Origin: Candidatus Stammera capleta
Lineage (GTDB): Bacteria > Pseudomonadota > Gammaproteobacteria > Enterobacterales > Enterobacteriaceae
Assembly (NCBI GenBank): GCA_036689475.1
Contig: CP144834.1
Location: 67,739 to 131,738, forward strand
Direction of reading: 5' to 3'
Length of the DNA: 64,000 nt
Shown: positions 1 to 15,448 of the stretch, piece after piece
How the letters are laid out: each line of letters begins with the position of its first letter
How positions within the stretch are numbered: position 1 is the stretch's first letter
Program-made: the position numbers and the translations under genes
Notes under the pieces: generated by a model
What the model was told of the DNA's origin: nothing
Seen by the model: only the letters and a program-made list of their open reading frames with translations
Database searches by the model: none

Positions 1-1511
1 TTTTTATATGATACTCCATACATACTTTTTTTAATTATTTTTAGATATTTTTTTTTTATATTGTTGATTTTTTCGTTTTTAAATTTTATTTCATTTTCAT
101 TTTCAATATTTTTTAATAAGTGAGGTTTTATTATTAATCCGTTATTTATTAATATTGTTAATGCTTTATTCATTTGTATAGGTGTTATTGCTAAATAACC
201 TTGTCCTATACCAATTGAAATAGTATTTCCTATATATCAATTGTTTTTTAATAAATTTTTATTAGGTATAAAACCAGGTTGTTCATTTGGTAAATCTATA
301 TTTGTTTTATTACCGTATCCAAATTTTTTAATTCATTGAATTATTTTTTTTATTCCCATATTATATGCAATATTATAATAAAATGTATCTGAAGATTCTT
401 CTATAGATTTTTTAATATTTATTAAACCATGTCCTAATGTTTTCCAGTCATAGAATATTTTTTTTAATTTAGGTAGTTTTCACCAACCAGGATCAAACAT
501 AATATATTTTATGTTGATAATATTTTCTTGTAATGCGGCTAAACCAATATATGGTTTTATAGTTGAAGCTGGTGGATATATACCTTGAATACATTTGTTA
601 ATTAATGGTTTATAAGGGTTTTTTATTATTTCATTATATTGTTCATTTGTAATACTTTCTAAAAATATATTAGGGTCATAACCTGGAGTAGATACTAAAG
701 ATAATATTTCTCCATTATTAGGATTAGATATTATTATAGATGCTTGATTATTTTTTATTAATTTGTATATAAATTTTTGTATATTTAAATCTATTGTTAA
801 ATATATATTTTTACCAATATGTGGTTTTTTAATATCTTTACTATTTAAAATAGTATTTTTGCTATTTATTATTGTTTTTTTAATACCATTTTCTCCATGT
901 AATATATTTTCGTAATATTTTTCTATTCCACTTTTTCCAATATAATTATTTGTTGATTTATCTTTAGTAACATATCCTAAAATATGTGATAATATTTCTT
1001 TATATGGATAATATCTATTTTTGTTTTTTTTAATAATAGTATTTTTAAATAATAATTTATTCCTAAAATATTCTATTAAATCTTTAGAATTAAGATTTTT
1101 TTTAATAATAATATTTTTATTTATTTTATCTTGATCTATTTTTATTAATTCATTAATTTTTTTATTTGATAATGAAAATTTTTCTTTTAAAATTTTTATT
1201 ATTTTCTTTATGTTTTTAAATTTTTCTGATTTTATTATTAAATAGTAATAATTTTTATTTATGACTAGTGGTATTTTATTTCTATCGTATATTATACCTC
1301 TATATGGTATACTTGGTATTAATTTAGTGTAGTTTTTTTTAGCTAAATTTGAATAATATTTGAAATTAATAATCTGTAGTTTATATATATTTGTTGTTAT
1401 TATTAATAATGTTATAAAAAGAATAATAATAATTTGTTTTGATCTTTTTATAAAAGTAATATTTTTTTTATTATTATAGTAATAAAAGTAATTTTGATTT
1501 TTAAAGTTCAT
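1..1511 (-). CDS. mrdA: Penicillin-binding protein 2 (elongasome transpeptidase); C-terminal end runs off the left edge of the window
   Basis: ORF 480..1511 continues in frame through TGA 480-482 down to base 1. Collinear with E. coli PBP2: RGIIYDRN, RYYPY, GKSGIEKYYE, YPPASTIKPY (SxxK), DPGWW, GIGQGY. Confidence 0.9.
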
Positions 1512-1644
1512 ATTTTTAAATTATTTAATAATTTATTTATTAGTATTTAAATATTTATTTAAATTATTAAGTTTTATATTATATTATAATATATATGAAT
1601 ATTTAATTTCATATTTATAAATTTAAATTATATAAAGAGTTTTT

Positions 1645-3318
<1,674 letters not shown>

Positions 3319-3331
3319 TTTTATAAATAAA

Positions 3332-3592
3332 ATGGCAAATACAAAATCTTCCAAAAAAAGAATTATAATTAATAAATTAAGAAATAAAAAAAATGTAAGT
3401 AAAAAATCTAAATTAAAAACTTATATTAAAAAAACTAAGTTAGCTATTAAAAATAGAGATAAAAAACTTGCATTACATTATTATTGTAGTACTCAATCTT
3501 TATTAGATAAATATTCTTGTAAAAATATTATACATGTTAATAAATCTTCTAGATATAAATCTATTTTATCTAAATTAATTAATAGTTTATAA
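3332..3592 (+). CDS. rpsT: 30S ribosomal protein S20
   Basis: 86 aa, MANTKSSKKR start, lysine-rich S20 pattern, TAA stop. Confidence 0.9.
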   Translation: MANTKSSKKRIIINKLRNKKNVSKKSKLKTYIKKTKLAIKNRDKKLALHYYCSTQSLLDKYSCKNIIHVNKSSRYKSILSKLINSL

Positions 3593-3596
3593 AAAT

Positions 3597-4388
3597 TTAT
3601 TTTAAAATATTATTTTTATATTTTGTATATATATTTGTTATTTTACAAAAATTTTTTATTGAAATTTCTTTTGGTCGTTTGTTTAGATTAATATTTAATT
3701 TTTTTAATTTATTTAAAATATTTTTGTTTATAATATTTTTTAAATTATTAATGATTTTTTTATTTTTTCTTTTAAAAGAATTATTTAGAATATGTTTTAA
3801 GTGATTTAGGTTTTTTAATTTATATATTTTTTTTTTAGGAATTAATTTTATGAAAACAGAATTTACTTTAGGTATAGGATAAAAATTTTTTTTATTAACT
3901 TTCATTAAAATTTTTATTTTATATATATATTTTACTAGTATACTAAGTTTAGTGTATTTTTTATTTTTTTTTTTAGCTATCAGTGAATAATAAAATTCTT
4001 TTTGAACCATTATATGAATATCTTTTATAATTTTATAATTTTTAATTAATTTTATTAAAATTTTTTTTGATATATAGTAAGGTATATTGCCAAAAATTCT
4101 AATTTTTTTTTTTTTTTTTAAAAAAAAATTATTTAAATTAAATTTTAATATATCTATATTAATTATATTTAAATTTTTATGTTTATTTTTTTTTATTAAA
4201 AATTTATCAATTTCTATTGATGTTATTTTTTTATTATATTTTATAATTTTTTTAGTAATTTCTCCATTACCAAAACCTATTTCTAGTAAATTATTTTGTT
4301 TTTTTGGTTTTATATAATTAATAATTTTTTTAATAATTTTTTTATTTTTTAAAAATATTTGTCCCAAACAATTTTTTATTTTTAACAT
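3597..4388 (-). CDS. rsmA: 16S rRNA (adenine1518/1519-N6)-dimethyltransferase
   Basis: 263 aa. LGQIFL, EIGFGNGEIT (SAM site), GNIPYYIS motifs of KsgA/RsmA. Confidence 0.9.
   Translation of the reverse strand: MLKIKNCLGQIFLKNKKIIKKIINYIKPKKQNNLLEIGFGNGEITKKIIKYNKKITSIEIDKFLIKKNKHKNLNIINIDILKFNLNNFFLKKKKKIRIFGNIPYYISKKILIKLIKNYKIIKDIHIMVQKEFYYSLIAKKKNKKYTKLSILVKYIYKIKILMKVNKKNFYPIPKVNSVFIKLIPKKKIYKLKNLNHLKHILNNSFKRKNKKIINNLKNIINKNILNKLKKLNINLNKRPKEISIKNFCKITNIYTKYKNNILK
4103..4128. repeat. T17 followed by A9 homopolymer block inside rsmA (read on the coding strand as T9-A17, encoding FFLKKKKKI in frame)
   Basis: Counted directly: T run 4103-4119, A run 4120-4128. Confidence 0.95.
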
Positions 4389-4520
4389 TTTTTTATAAAT
4401 TAAATTTATTTAAATTTTTTTTTAATATATATAAAAATTTATTTTTTTATATAAAATATATTTTTTATAAATATTAATTATGTTATACTATGAAAATATA
4501 TTTTTTTAAATTAATTTTTT

Positions 4521-5258
4521 GTGAATTTTATAGATATGGAATTTTATTTTAAATGTTTAATCGTTAAGCATATATATATTGCTTATTTTTTAATTTTTTT
4601 AGTTTCATTTTTAGAATCTTTAGCTTTTTTTGGTTTTTTGATACCTAGTAGTGTTGTTATGTTTTTAATAGGATTTTTTATAGGACAAAAAGATATTAGT
4701 TTCTATTATTCTTATTTTTTAATAATTTTAGGTTGTAATTTAGGCGATATATCTTCTTATTATATGGGTGTTTATTATAAAGAATATTTCTTATATTTTC
4801 GTAAAAAAATTTCTAATTATGTAAATATTTTTGAATATATGTTTAAATATTTTAAAAAAAATTCTTATTATTTAATAATTTTTGGAAAATTTACTGGTCC
4901 TGTAAAATCTTTTTTCTTTTTTATTTCTGGCATGTTAGGTATACCAATTAAAAAAATCTTTTTTCCTAATTTTATTAGTACTTTATTATGAGCAATTTCT
5001 TTTCTTATACCAGGAATTCTTTCGGGAGTTGCATTAATATTACCTAATAGTTTTTTATTTAAAATGAATTTATTTAGTTTTATATTTTTATTAATTTTAA
5101 ATATTTATATATTTTTAAAATGATTAAATATATATAAAAGTTTTTCTAGATTTTTTTATTTTATATTTTTTTGTTTATGTATTAAACATTTATTAATTTT
5201 AATAAATAGTAAAATATTTTTTTTATTTATTAGATTATTATATAAAATATTTTTTTAA
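4521..5258 (+). CDS. DedA-family inner-membrane protein
   Basis: GTG start in the ORF track. FLESLAFFGFLIPSSVV...LGDISSYYMG is the DedA/SNARE-associated signature. Continues through TGA 4989-4991 and a second TGA to TAA 5256-5258 (hand-translated). Confidence 0.7.
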
Positions 5259-5264
5259 AAAATA

Positions 5265-8080
5265 TTATATGAATTTTCTTTTTTCTCCTTGGCCTACAAT
5301 ATTAGTTATGCATCTTTTACATATATTAGGATAATTAATATTGTAATTTATTTTACTTACATAATGTCAACATCTTAAGCATTTTATTCCTTTATTTTTT
5401 TTACATTTTATTTTAAAGAATTTTTTTTTATTTAAATTATTTTTTAATTTTATATTTAATTTAGAAGTTAAGAAAAAAAATTTTAGTTCAGATTTTATTT
5501 TTTTAATTTTATTAAAAAAATTTTTTTCTAAATATAAAGTTATGATAGTATTTAAGGTAGAATTAATTTTTTTTTTAAATTTTAATATTTCTATTTTTTT
5601 GTTTAAAAAATTTTTAATTTTTATTAATTTGTTTCATACTTTAATATTTATATAGTTATTTTTATGTATGTAAAATAATTTTTCAAATCAAGTTTCTTGA
5701 TATATTGATAAAGGTTTTTTTCTAGGTAGATAGTTCCATATTTCTTCTGTAGTAAAAGATAATATAGGAGCTATTCATTTTATAATTGTTTCTATTAACA
5801 TTCATAAAGTAGTTTGAGCACTTAAGTAAGGTAAAGTGTTTTTTTTTATGGTATATTTTCTATCTTTTATAATATCTAAATATATTGAACTTAAATATTT
5901 ATTAAAAAAATTTAATATTTTTTTTGTTACTTTATAAAATTTAAATTTTTCGTATAATTTAATTATTTTATACTGTGTTTCTTTTGCTTTATGAATAATT
6001 CATTTATCTAAAAGTAACATATTTTTAGGTAATATACATTTTTTAAGATTAAATTCATCTAAATTAGATATTATAAATTTAATAATATTTCTAATTTTTC
6101 TATATTTTTCAGTTGTTTGTAAAATAATATTATTTGATATATTTATTTCTTTTGAGAATTTAGTTGATGCTACTCATAATCTTAATATATCTGCTCCATA
6201 TTTATTTGTTATTGTTTGAGGATTTATATAATTTTTTAGTGATTTAGACATTTTTTTACCTTTATCATCTACTATAAATCCATGTGTTATTATTTTTTTA
6301 TATGGAGCACAATTATTTATTGCTGTATTTATTATTAAAGAAGACATAAATCATCCTCTATATTGATCTGATCCTTCTAAATATAAATCTATATGCATAT
6401 TTTTTTTTTTGAATTTATTATTCATTATTGAATAACATGTTGCTCCTGAATCAAATCATACATCTAAAACATCTAGTATTTTAAAATATTTTTTATCATT
6501 TATTCCTAATTTTTGTGGTTCAATATTTAATCAATAGTTAGGTCCATATTTTTTAATTTTATTAGATATAATATCTATTAATTTTAGTGTTTTTGGATGC
6601 ATCTTATTATTTTTTTTGTTTATAAATATTGGTATTGGTGTACCTCAATGGCGTTGTCTTGATATACATCAATCAGGTCTATTAATTATCATATTTTTAA
6701 TTTTTTTATAACCCCATTTAGGGTTTCATTTAACTTTTTTAATAGATTTTAATATTTTTTTTTTAAATTTTTTATTATTTAAATTTATAAATAATTGTTG
6801 TGTGGTTCTAAAAATTATTGGTTTTTTATGTCTTCAGCAAAAAGGATATTTATGTATAATATTTTCTTGTAAAATAATTTTTTTTTCTTTAGATAATTTT
6901 TTTAAAATTTTTTTTTCAGCTTGAATTAATTTACATTTTTGAATATTTTTAATATATTTATATTTTATATATCTACTATTATTATCTATTACGTTTAAAC
7001 CTTTAATATTATTTTTTTTAGATAAAAGAAAATCTTCTTCTCCATGTTCAGATGCTATATGTACTATACCCGTACCTGTATTAGAAATAATTTTTTTGTT
7101 TAAAATTATAGGTATTTTAATTTTTGATATAGGATGTATTGCTGTTAGTTTTTTAAATTTTTTACCTTTTATATTTTTTATTGTTTTGTATTTTATTTTA
7201 ATTTTTTTAAAAAATTTTTTTTTTTGTTTTTTAGATATTATAAAAATATTTTTATTATGTTTTATTAATGAATACTTAAAATTAGGATGTATTGATATGG
7301 CACAATTACCTGGTATTGTTCAAAGTGTAGTAGTTCATATAATAAATTTAATACTTTTGTTTATTATATTTTTATTTAAAATATTATTTTTTAATAAAAA
7401 TTTTTTATATTTATAAAGTTTAAAAGTTAAATATATACTTTTTGATTTTTTATTTTTATATTCTATTTCTGCTTCAGCAATTGATGAATTACATTTCATA
7501 CATCAATTTGTAGGTTTTTTTTTTCTTTTTACAAGTTTTAATTGTATTATTTTTTTTAATACATTAATAGTATTTGAAATTGTTTTAAATTTCATAGTTT
7601 CATAACATTTTTCTCAATTTGCTATTATACCTAATCTTATAAAATCTTTTTTTTGTTGTTTAATTTGTTTTTTAACGTATTTTGTACATTCATATTTAAA
7701 TTTTTTAATTTCATTTAATGTTTTTTTTTTATTTTTATATTGTTTCTTTATTTCTAATTCTATTGGTAAACCATGACAATCCCATCCTGGAATGTATGGT
7801 GTATCAAAGTTCATAAAATTTTTATATTTTAATGTAATATCTTTTAATATTTTATTGAAAGCATGACCAATATGTATTTTTCCGTTTGCGTATGGGGGAC
7901 CATCATGAATAATAAATTTTTTTTTATTTTCTTTATTTTTTCTAATTTCTTTATATAAATTATTTTTTTTTCATTTTTTTATTATTTTAGGTTCTAAATT
8001 AATTAAATTACCTTTCATGGGAAAATTTATTTTAGGTAAATTAATAGTTTTTTTGTAATTTATTTTTTGATTTTTTTTCA
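5265..8080 (-). CDS. ileS: Isoleucyl-tRNA synthetase; the first ~17 codons are out of frame by one nt (see finding)
   Basis: One frame runs from 8078 down to TAA 5265-5267. It contains [29 protein letters not shown] (ORF 7614..7814) and a C-terminal CKRC zinc knuckle. The ATG at 8078-8080 is in a different frame. The total length is 2816 nt. Confidence 0.85.
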
Positions 8081-8221
8081 TTTTTTTAATAGATATTTAT
8101 TATTATAAATATTTAAGAAGTTTTTATAGATATTATTAATAAGTATATCTTAAAAATATTGTTTTTAAAATATTCATATTTTAAATTGTATTAATATTTT
8201 TTATAAAAAATTACTATTATA

Positions 8222-8252
8222 GTTGATATTTTAAAGTATAAACATACATATA
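8222..8252 (+). promoter_or_regulatory. Candidate sigma-32-type promoter upstream of dnaK (weak)
   Basis: gTTGATA (8222-8228), 15-nt spacer, ATACATAT (8244-8251), compared with the consensus CTTGAAA-N13-15-CCCCATnT. It lies about 35 nt upstream of the dnaK ATG, and GAGG (8277-8280) serves as the SD. In sequence this A+T-rich, such matches arise by chance. Confidence 0.2.
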
Positions 8253-8283
8253 TATTATATGGTTTTTATAAATTTTGAGGTAA

Positions 8284-10185
<1,902 letters not shown>

Positions 10186-10226
10186 TTATCTAATGTTTTA
10201 TTATTTATTAGAGGGACATAATATAT

Positions 10227-11354
10227 ATGTCGAGTAAAAATTATTATGATATTTTAGGTATTTCTAAAACAGCTGAAGATATTGATATTAAAAGAGCATA
10301 TAAACGTTTAGCTATTAGATATCATCCTGATAGAAATAAAGGTGATAAAAAATCTGAAGAAAAATTTAAAGAAGTTAAAGAAGCTTATGAAATTTTAAGT
10401 GATAAAAAAAAACGTGCTATGTATGATCAATACGGTCATTCTGCTTTTACACAACAAAGTGGATATCATAACAACGGTGATTTTAATACTTCTTCTGATT
10501 TTGGTGATATATTTGGTGATATTTTTGGAGATATTTTTAGTTCTAGAAAAAGTAAATCTTCTAATAAGAATTTAGATATATTATATAGTATAGATTTAAA
10601 TTTAGAGGAGGTAGCTAAAGGAGTTTCAAAAGAATTTAAAATTAATGTAATTGGTAAATGTAATATTTGTAATGGTAACGGATGTAAACCTGGAACTCAA
10701 CGTCAATTATGTAGTACATGTAAAGGAACTGGTAATTTAAAAACAAGTCAAGGTTTTTTTACTATACAACAAACTTGTCCTACTTGTCATGGTGAACGTT
10801 ATATTATAGGTGATATATGTTATATATGTAGAGGAAGTGGTACAGATAAATCTTACAAAAATATTTTTGTTAAAATACCTGCTGGTATAAATAATAATGA
10901 TAGAATACGTTTGGTAGGTAAAGGTAATTATTCTAGTAATGGTAATTTTGGTGATTTATATATTAAAGTAAAAATTAATAAACATCCTATTTTTACTAGA
11001 AAAAAAAATGATTTATATTGTGAGGTACCAATAAATTTTTCTTTAGCTGCTTTAGGAGGAGAAATTAGAGTACCTACTTTAGATGGAGGTATAAAATTTA
11101 ATATACCATCTGAAACTCAAACAGGAAGATTATTTCGTATTAAAAATAAAGGAATTAAATTTATTAATAGTAATTATTATGGAGATTTATTATGTAAAAT
11201 TTTAGTGGAAACTCCTATTAATTTAAATAAATATCAAAGAAAGTTATTATATAATTTAGGACTTACTTTAGTAGGAAGTGAAAATGTTAATAATCCTAAA
11301 ACTAAAAGTTTTTTTGATCGTGTAAAAAAATTTTTTGATAATTTAACTAACTAA
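10227..11354 (+). CDS. dnaJ: Co-chaperone DnaJ (Hsp40)
   Basis: 375 aa. J-domain YHPDRNKGD (HPD), G/F region DFGDIFGDIFGDIF, four CxxCxG zinc-finger repeats. Confidence 0.95.
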   Translation: MSSKNYYDILGISKTAEDIDIKRAYKRLAIRYHPDRNKGDKKSEEKFKEVKEAYEILSDKKKRAMYDQYGHSAFTQQSGYHNNGDFNTSSDFGDIFGDIFGDIFSSRKSKSSNKNLDILYSIDLNLEEVAKGVSKEFKINVIGKCNICNGNGCKPGTQRQLCSTCKGTGNLKTSQGFFTIQQTCPTCHGERYIIGDICYICRGSGTDKSYKNIFVKIPAGINNNDRIRLVGKGNYSSNGNFGDLYIKVKINKHPIFTRKKNDLYCEVPINFSLAALGGEIRVPTLDGGIKFNIPSETQTGRLFRIKNKGIKFINSNYYGDLLCKILVETPINLNKYQRKLLYNLGLTLVGSENVNNPKTKSFFDRVKKFFDNLTN

Positions 11355-12587
11355 ATTATTATATATAGGAAATTTTTTACATATCTTAATAATTTTGTTT
11401 TTAATTTTGTTAATAATTTTATCATTATTAATATTATTAAGTATATTACATATAAATTTTGTAACTTTTTTAATTATTTTTTTTTTTATTTTTCTATAAG
11501 TTATACATGTTGTTCCTATTCTAATACCAGATGTAATAAATGGTTTTTTATTATCATCTGGTATACAGTTTTTATTTACAATAATATTAGCTAAATTAAG
11601 TTTTTTTTCAGCTTGTATTCCAGTAATATTTTTATTTTTTAAATTAATTACAAATAAATGTGTATTTGTTCCATTGGAAACAATTTTAAAATTATTTTTT
11701 ATAAATTTTTTACACATATATTGAGAATTTTTAACAATTTTTTTTTGAAATTTTATAAATTTTGGATTTAATGCTTCCTTAAAAGATATTGCTTTGGCAG
11801 CTATTACATGCATTAATGGCCCACCTTGTGTTCCAGGAAATACAGATGAATTTATTTTTTTATATAATTCAATATTATCTCCTCTTGCTAATATCATACC
11901 ACCTCTTGGACCACATAGTGTTTTATGTGTAGTAGTAGTTACTATATCTGCATATTTAAGTGGATCTGGATATATTTTAGCAACTACTAATCCTGCAATA
12001 TGTGCCATATCTATTAATAAATAACTATTGTATAAATTTGCTATATATTTTATTTTTTTTCAATTACATATTCTAGAATAAGAGGAAAAACCTGCTATTA
12101 TTAGTTTAGGTTTATATTTTTTAGATAGAAATTCTATTTTATTATAGTCTATTTTTTCTTTTTTATTTAAGTAATAGAATTTAGAATTATATATCATACC
12201 AGAAATATTAATTTTTGATCCATGGGTTAAATGACCTCCATGATCTAATTTCATACTTAAGATAGTATCCCCAGGTTTTAAAATTGCATTATATGCAGCT
12301 AAATTTGCTTGTGAACCTGAATGTGGTTGTATATTTACATAATTTGCGTTAAATAATTTTTTTGCTCTTTTAATAGCTATTTTTTCTATTTTATCTATAT
12401 ATTTACATCCTCCATAATATCTATTTTTGTAGTATCCTTCAGCATATTTATTAGTTAATATTGATCCTTGTGCTTTCATTACATTTATACTAGCATAACT
12501 TTCTGAAGCTATTAAATTCAAGTTTAATTCTTGTCTTTTTTTTTCTAATTTAATTAATTTAAAAATTTTATCTATTTTTTTTATCAT
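11343..12587 (-). CDS. glyA: Serine hydroxymethyltransferase
   Basis: ORFs 12060..12587 and 11343..12008 are in one frame, joined through TGA 12060-12062. [33 protein letters not shown] (PLP lysine). 415 codons. Confidence 0.95.
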
Positions 12588-13509
12588 ATTTTTTTATTTT
12601 ATTTGCTTGTAAATATATAAAATCTAATATTATATTAGAAGCGGTTAATGATGTTATATCTGATTTATCGTATATTGGACTTATTTCAACTATATCAAAA
12701 CCTATTATATTAATTTTTGTAAGATTTCTTATTATTTTAAGTATTTTATATATTGTAATACCTCCTATAACAGGAGTACCAGTTCCCGGTGCAAATGATG
12801 GATCTATACAATCAATGTCAAAAGTTATATATGTAGGTAAATTATTAGTAATATTAATAATTTTATTAATAATTTTTTCAGTTGAAATTTTATTTGTTTT
12901 TTCTGCATTAATAATTTTAATATTATTATTTTTTTCTATATATGTTCTTATTCCAATTTGGATAATATTTTTTTTTGAAACTATTTTTTCTTTTATTATT
13001 TGATATATTATAGAACCATGATCATACATATTATTTTCATAATATGTATCTGTATGTGCATCAAAATGTATGAGAGATATTTTTTTGTAAAATTTTTTGT
13101 ATGTTCTTAATATTGGTAATGTTATATAATGATCTCCTCCTATAAAAATTATATTTTTTTTTATTTTTAATAAATTTGTTACTATTTGATTAATTTTTTT
13201 ATTTAAATTTTTTATATTTCCTTGCTTATATATTAAATCTCCTCCGTCTATAACTTTAATATATTTTTTAAGTTCTATATTTCATGGTCATTTTATTTTT
13301 TCTCAACATAAATTTATTGATTCTTTTCTTATACTGTTAGGACCTAATTTACTACCTGGTTTACCTGTACTACATATTTCACATGGTATACCGATTATTA
13401 TAATATCAAATATATCCTTAATAGAGTATTTTTCTTTTATTAATAAAGGAAATCTCATAAATCCAAATGGATTAGATATTAAAGATATATCTTTTTTTAT
13501 TATTTTCAT
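12568..13509 (-). CDS. speB: Agmatinase
   Basis: ORFs 13303..13509 and 12568..13029 share one frame (942 nt). GGDH...HFDAHTDTY and [16 protein letters not shown] ureohydrolase motifs. Sits immediately downstream of speA, as in E. coli. Confidence 0.85.
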
Positions 13510-13510
13510 G

Positions 13511-15310
13511 TTATTCTAAATAAGTTTTATATTTTAAAAATTTACTTAATTTTTTACATATTTTTTTATTTATTTTTTTATTTTTTTTAAAAAAATTATT
13601 TATTTGATTTTTATTTATTTGTGTATATTTTAACATTTTTAAAATATTATCATTTTTACTAATAAAAATTTTTTTAATTCTTTTTTTTTTCTTTACATAT
13701 ACTAATAATGTTTCTATTTTACCAAATAAATTATGTATATTACTTAATATATTTTGATATGCACCTATCATAAAAAATATTATTTCCGGTATATTTTTAT
13801 ATTTAGGAATAGTTAATGTATTACTAATCTTTTTTTTATTTATATATTTATTTATTTTACCATCTGAATCACATGTAATATCTAATATATATATATTTTG
13901 TTTTTTTTTATTATTTAATATTTTTATGGGAGATATAGGAAAAATTTGTTTTATACCTCAACTATCTGGTAAAGATTGAAATAGAGAAAAATTTATATGT
14001 ATTTTATTAGATATATATAAATTTACATATTTTTTTTTATTTTTATCTTTTATTATTTTATTTTTTTTTATATATATAAGTATATTTTTATATATTATTT
14101 CTATTAATTGTTTTTCAATTATATTTAATTCTGTTGATTGATAATATTTTTTAATTTTTTTAATTTTTTTAAATATTTTATTTTCATTTATATATATATT
14201 TGTTTTGATTTTTTTTCATAAATTTAGGTACTTAATTATTTTTTTTTTTTTAATATAATGGTTATTAATTAATTTTTTAGATATATTTTTAATTTTATTA
14301 TTTTCTATGTTAGTTATATTAGATATTAGTATTGTATGATGTGCTGTTATAAATCTACCTGATTCTGTAATAATTTTAGGTATAGGAACTTTATATTTTT
14401 GACATAATAAATTAATTATTTCTAATATTTTTAATGTATATGTATCTAAATTATAATTTATACATGATTTTTTATTATAATAATTAACTGCTAATCCTCC
14501 GCCAAAATCTAAGTATTTAATTTTTATTTTAAATATTTTATATAAATCTATATATATTTTAACAAATTCTTTAAAATTTTTTTCTAAGTATTTAATATTA
14601 TTTATTTGTGATCCTATATGACAATGTAACAAATTAAATTTGTTAATAATATTTTTTTTTTTAAATATTTTAATAGAATTTAGTATTTGTGATGTGTTTA
14701 AACCAAATTTAAATTGTGATTTATTTTTTTTATTATTAAATTCTAAAGCATTTAATTTAATTCTTATTCCTATATTTAGATTACTTTTTTTTATATATTT
14801 TGTTATTAAAGTTATTTCTTTAATTTTTTCAATTATTAAATATACTTTATGCCCTATTTTTGATGCTATTTTAGCTAAAAGTATGTATTTTTTATCTTTA
14901 TATCCGTTACATAATATTTTAATTTTTTTATTTGCGTGTACTAATATAGTCATAAGTTCTGCTTTAGAACCAGATTCTAAACCTATTTTATATTTAGTAT
15001 TTTTTAATATATATCTTATGACATAAGATTCTTGATTAACTTTAATAGGATATACTAAATAGTATTTAGTATTTAAATTATTTAATTTTATATTTTTTTT
15101 GAATGAATTATAAATTAATTTTATTCTATCTTTAATAATTTGTGGAAAAGATACCTTAATAGGTAATTTATTTTTTTTGATTATTTTTTTAATTTGAAAA
15201 TATTTTTTTTTTTTATAATTTATACATATATTTATATTACCTTTTTTATCTATATAAAAATATTTTTTTTTTTTATTTTTTTCTTTTTGTTCTTTTTTAT
15301 TAATATTCAT
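13511..15310 (-). CDS. speA: Biosynthetic arginine decarboxylase
   Basis: I hand-translated 13772-14215 and found no TAA/TAG, so 14216..15310 and 13511..13771 form one 600-codon frame. YLVYPIKVNQ, GLESGSKAEL, CNGYKDKKYI, GHKVYLIIEK, LLHCHIGSQ, ITESGRFITAHHT are collinear with E. coli SpeA. Confidence 0.88.
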
Positions 15311-15448
15311 TATTAGTATTTAAATTTATGAAATTATTTTTCACAATTGTTGATTGTTAATGTATACTTATTTAAGTATAATTATTGTTTATTTTAGATT
15401 ATTTTATAATAAAATTATTTGTTTAATCTATTGGAGATTTAAAATATA

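Noticed and set aside
10497-10538. Tandem nucleotide repeat gat-ttt-ggt-gat-ata-ttt-ggt-gat-att-ttt-gga-gat-att-ttt (FGDIFGDIFGDIF) in dnaJ.
   Set aside because: This is the normal DnaJ G/F region (E. coli has DIFGDVFGDIFG). It is not a novel repeat element.
15376-15393. 8-bp inverted repeat TATACTTA-tt-TAAGTATA between speA and metK, considered as a possible operator.
   Set aside because: AT-only palindromes of this size are frequent by chance here, and it does not resemble the MetJ box. I noted it only as part of the divergent promoter region.
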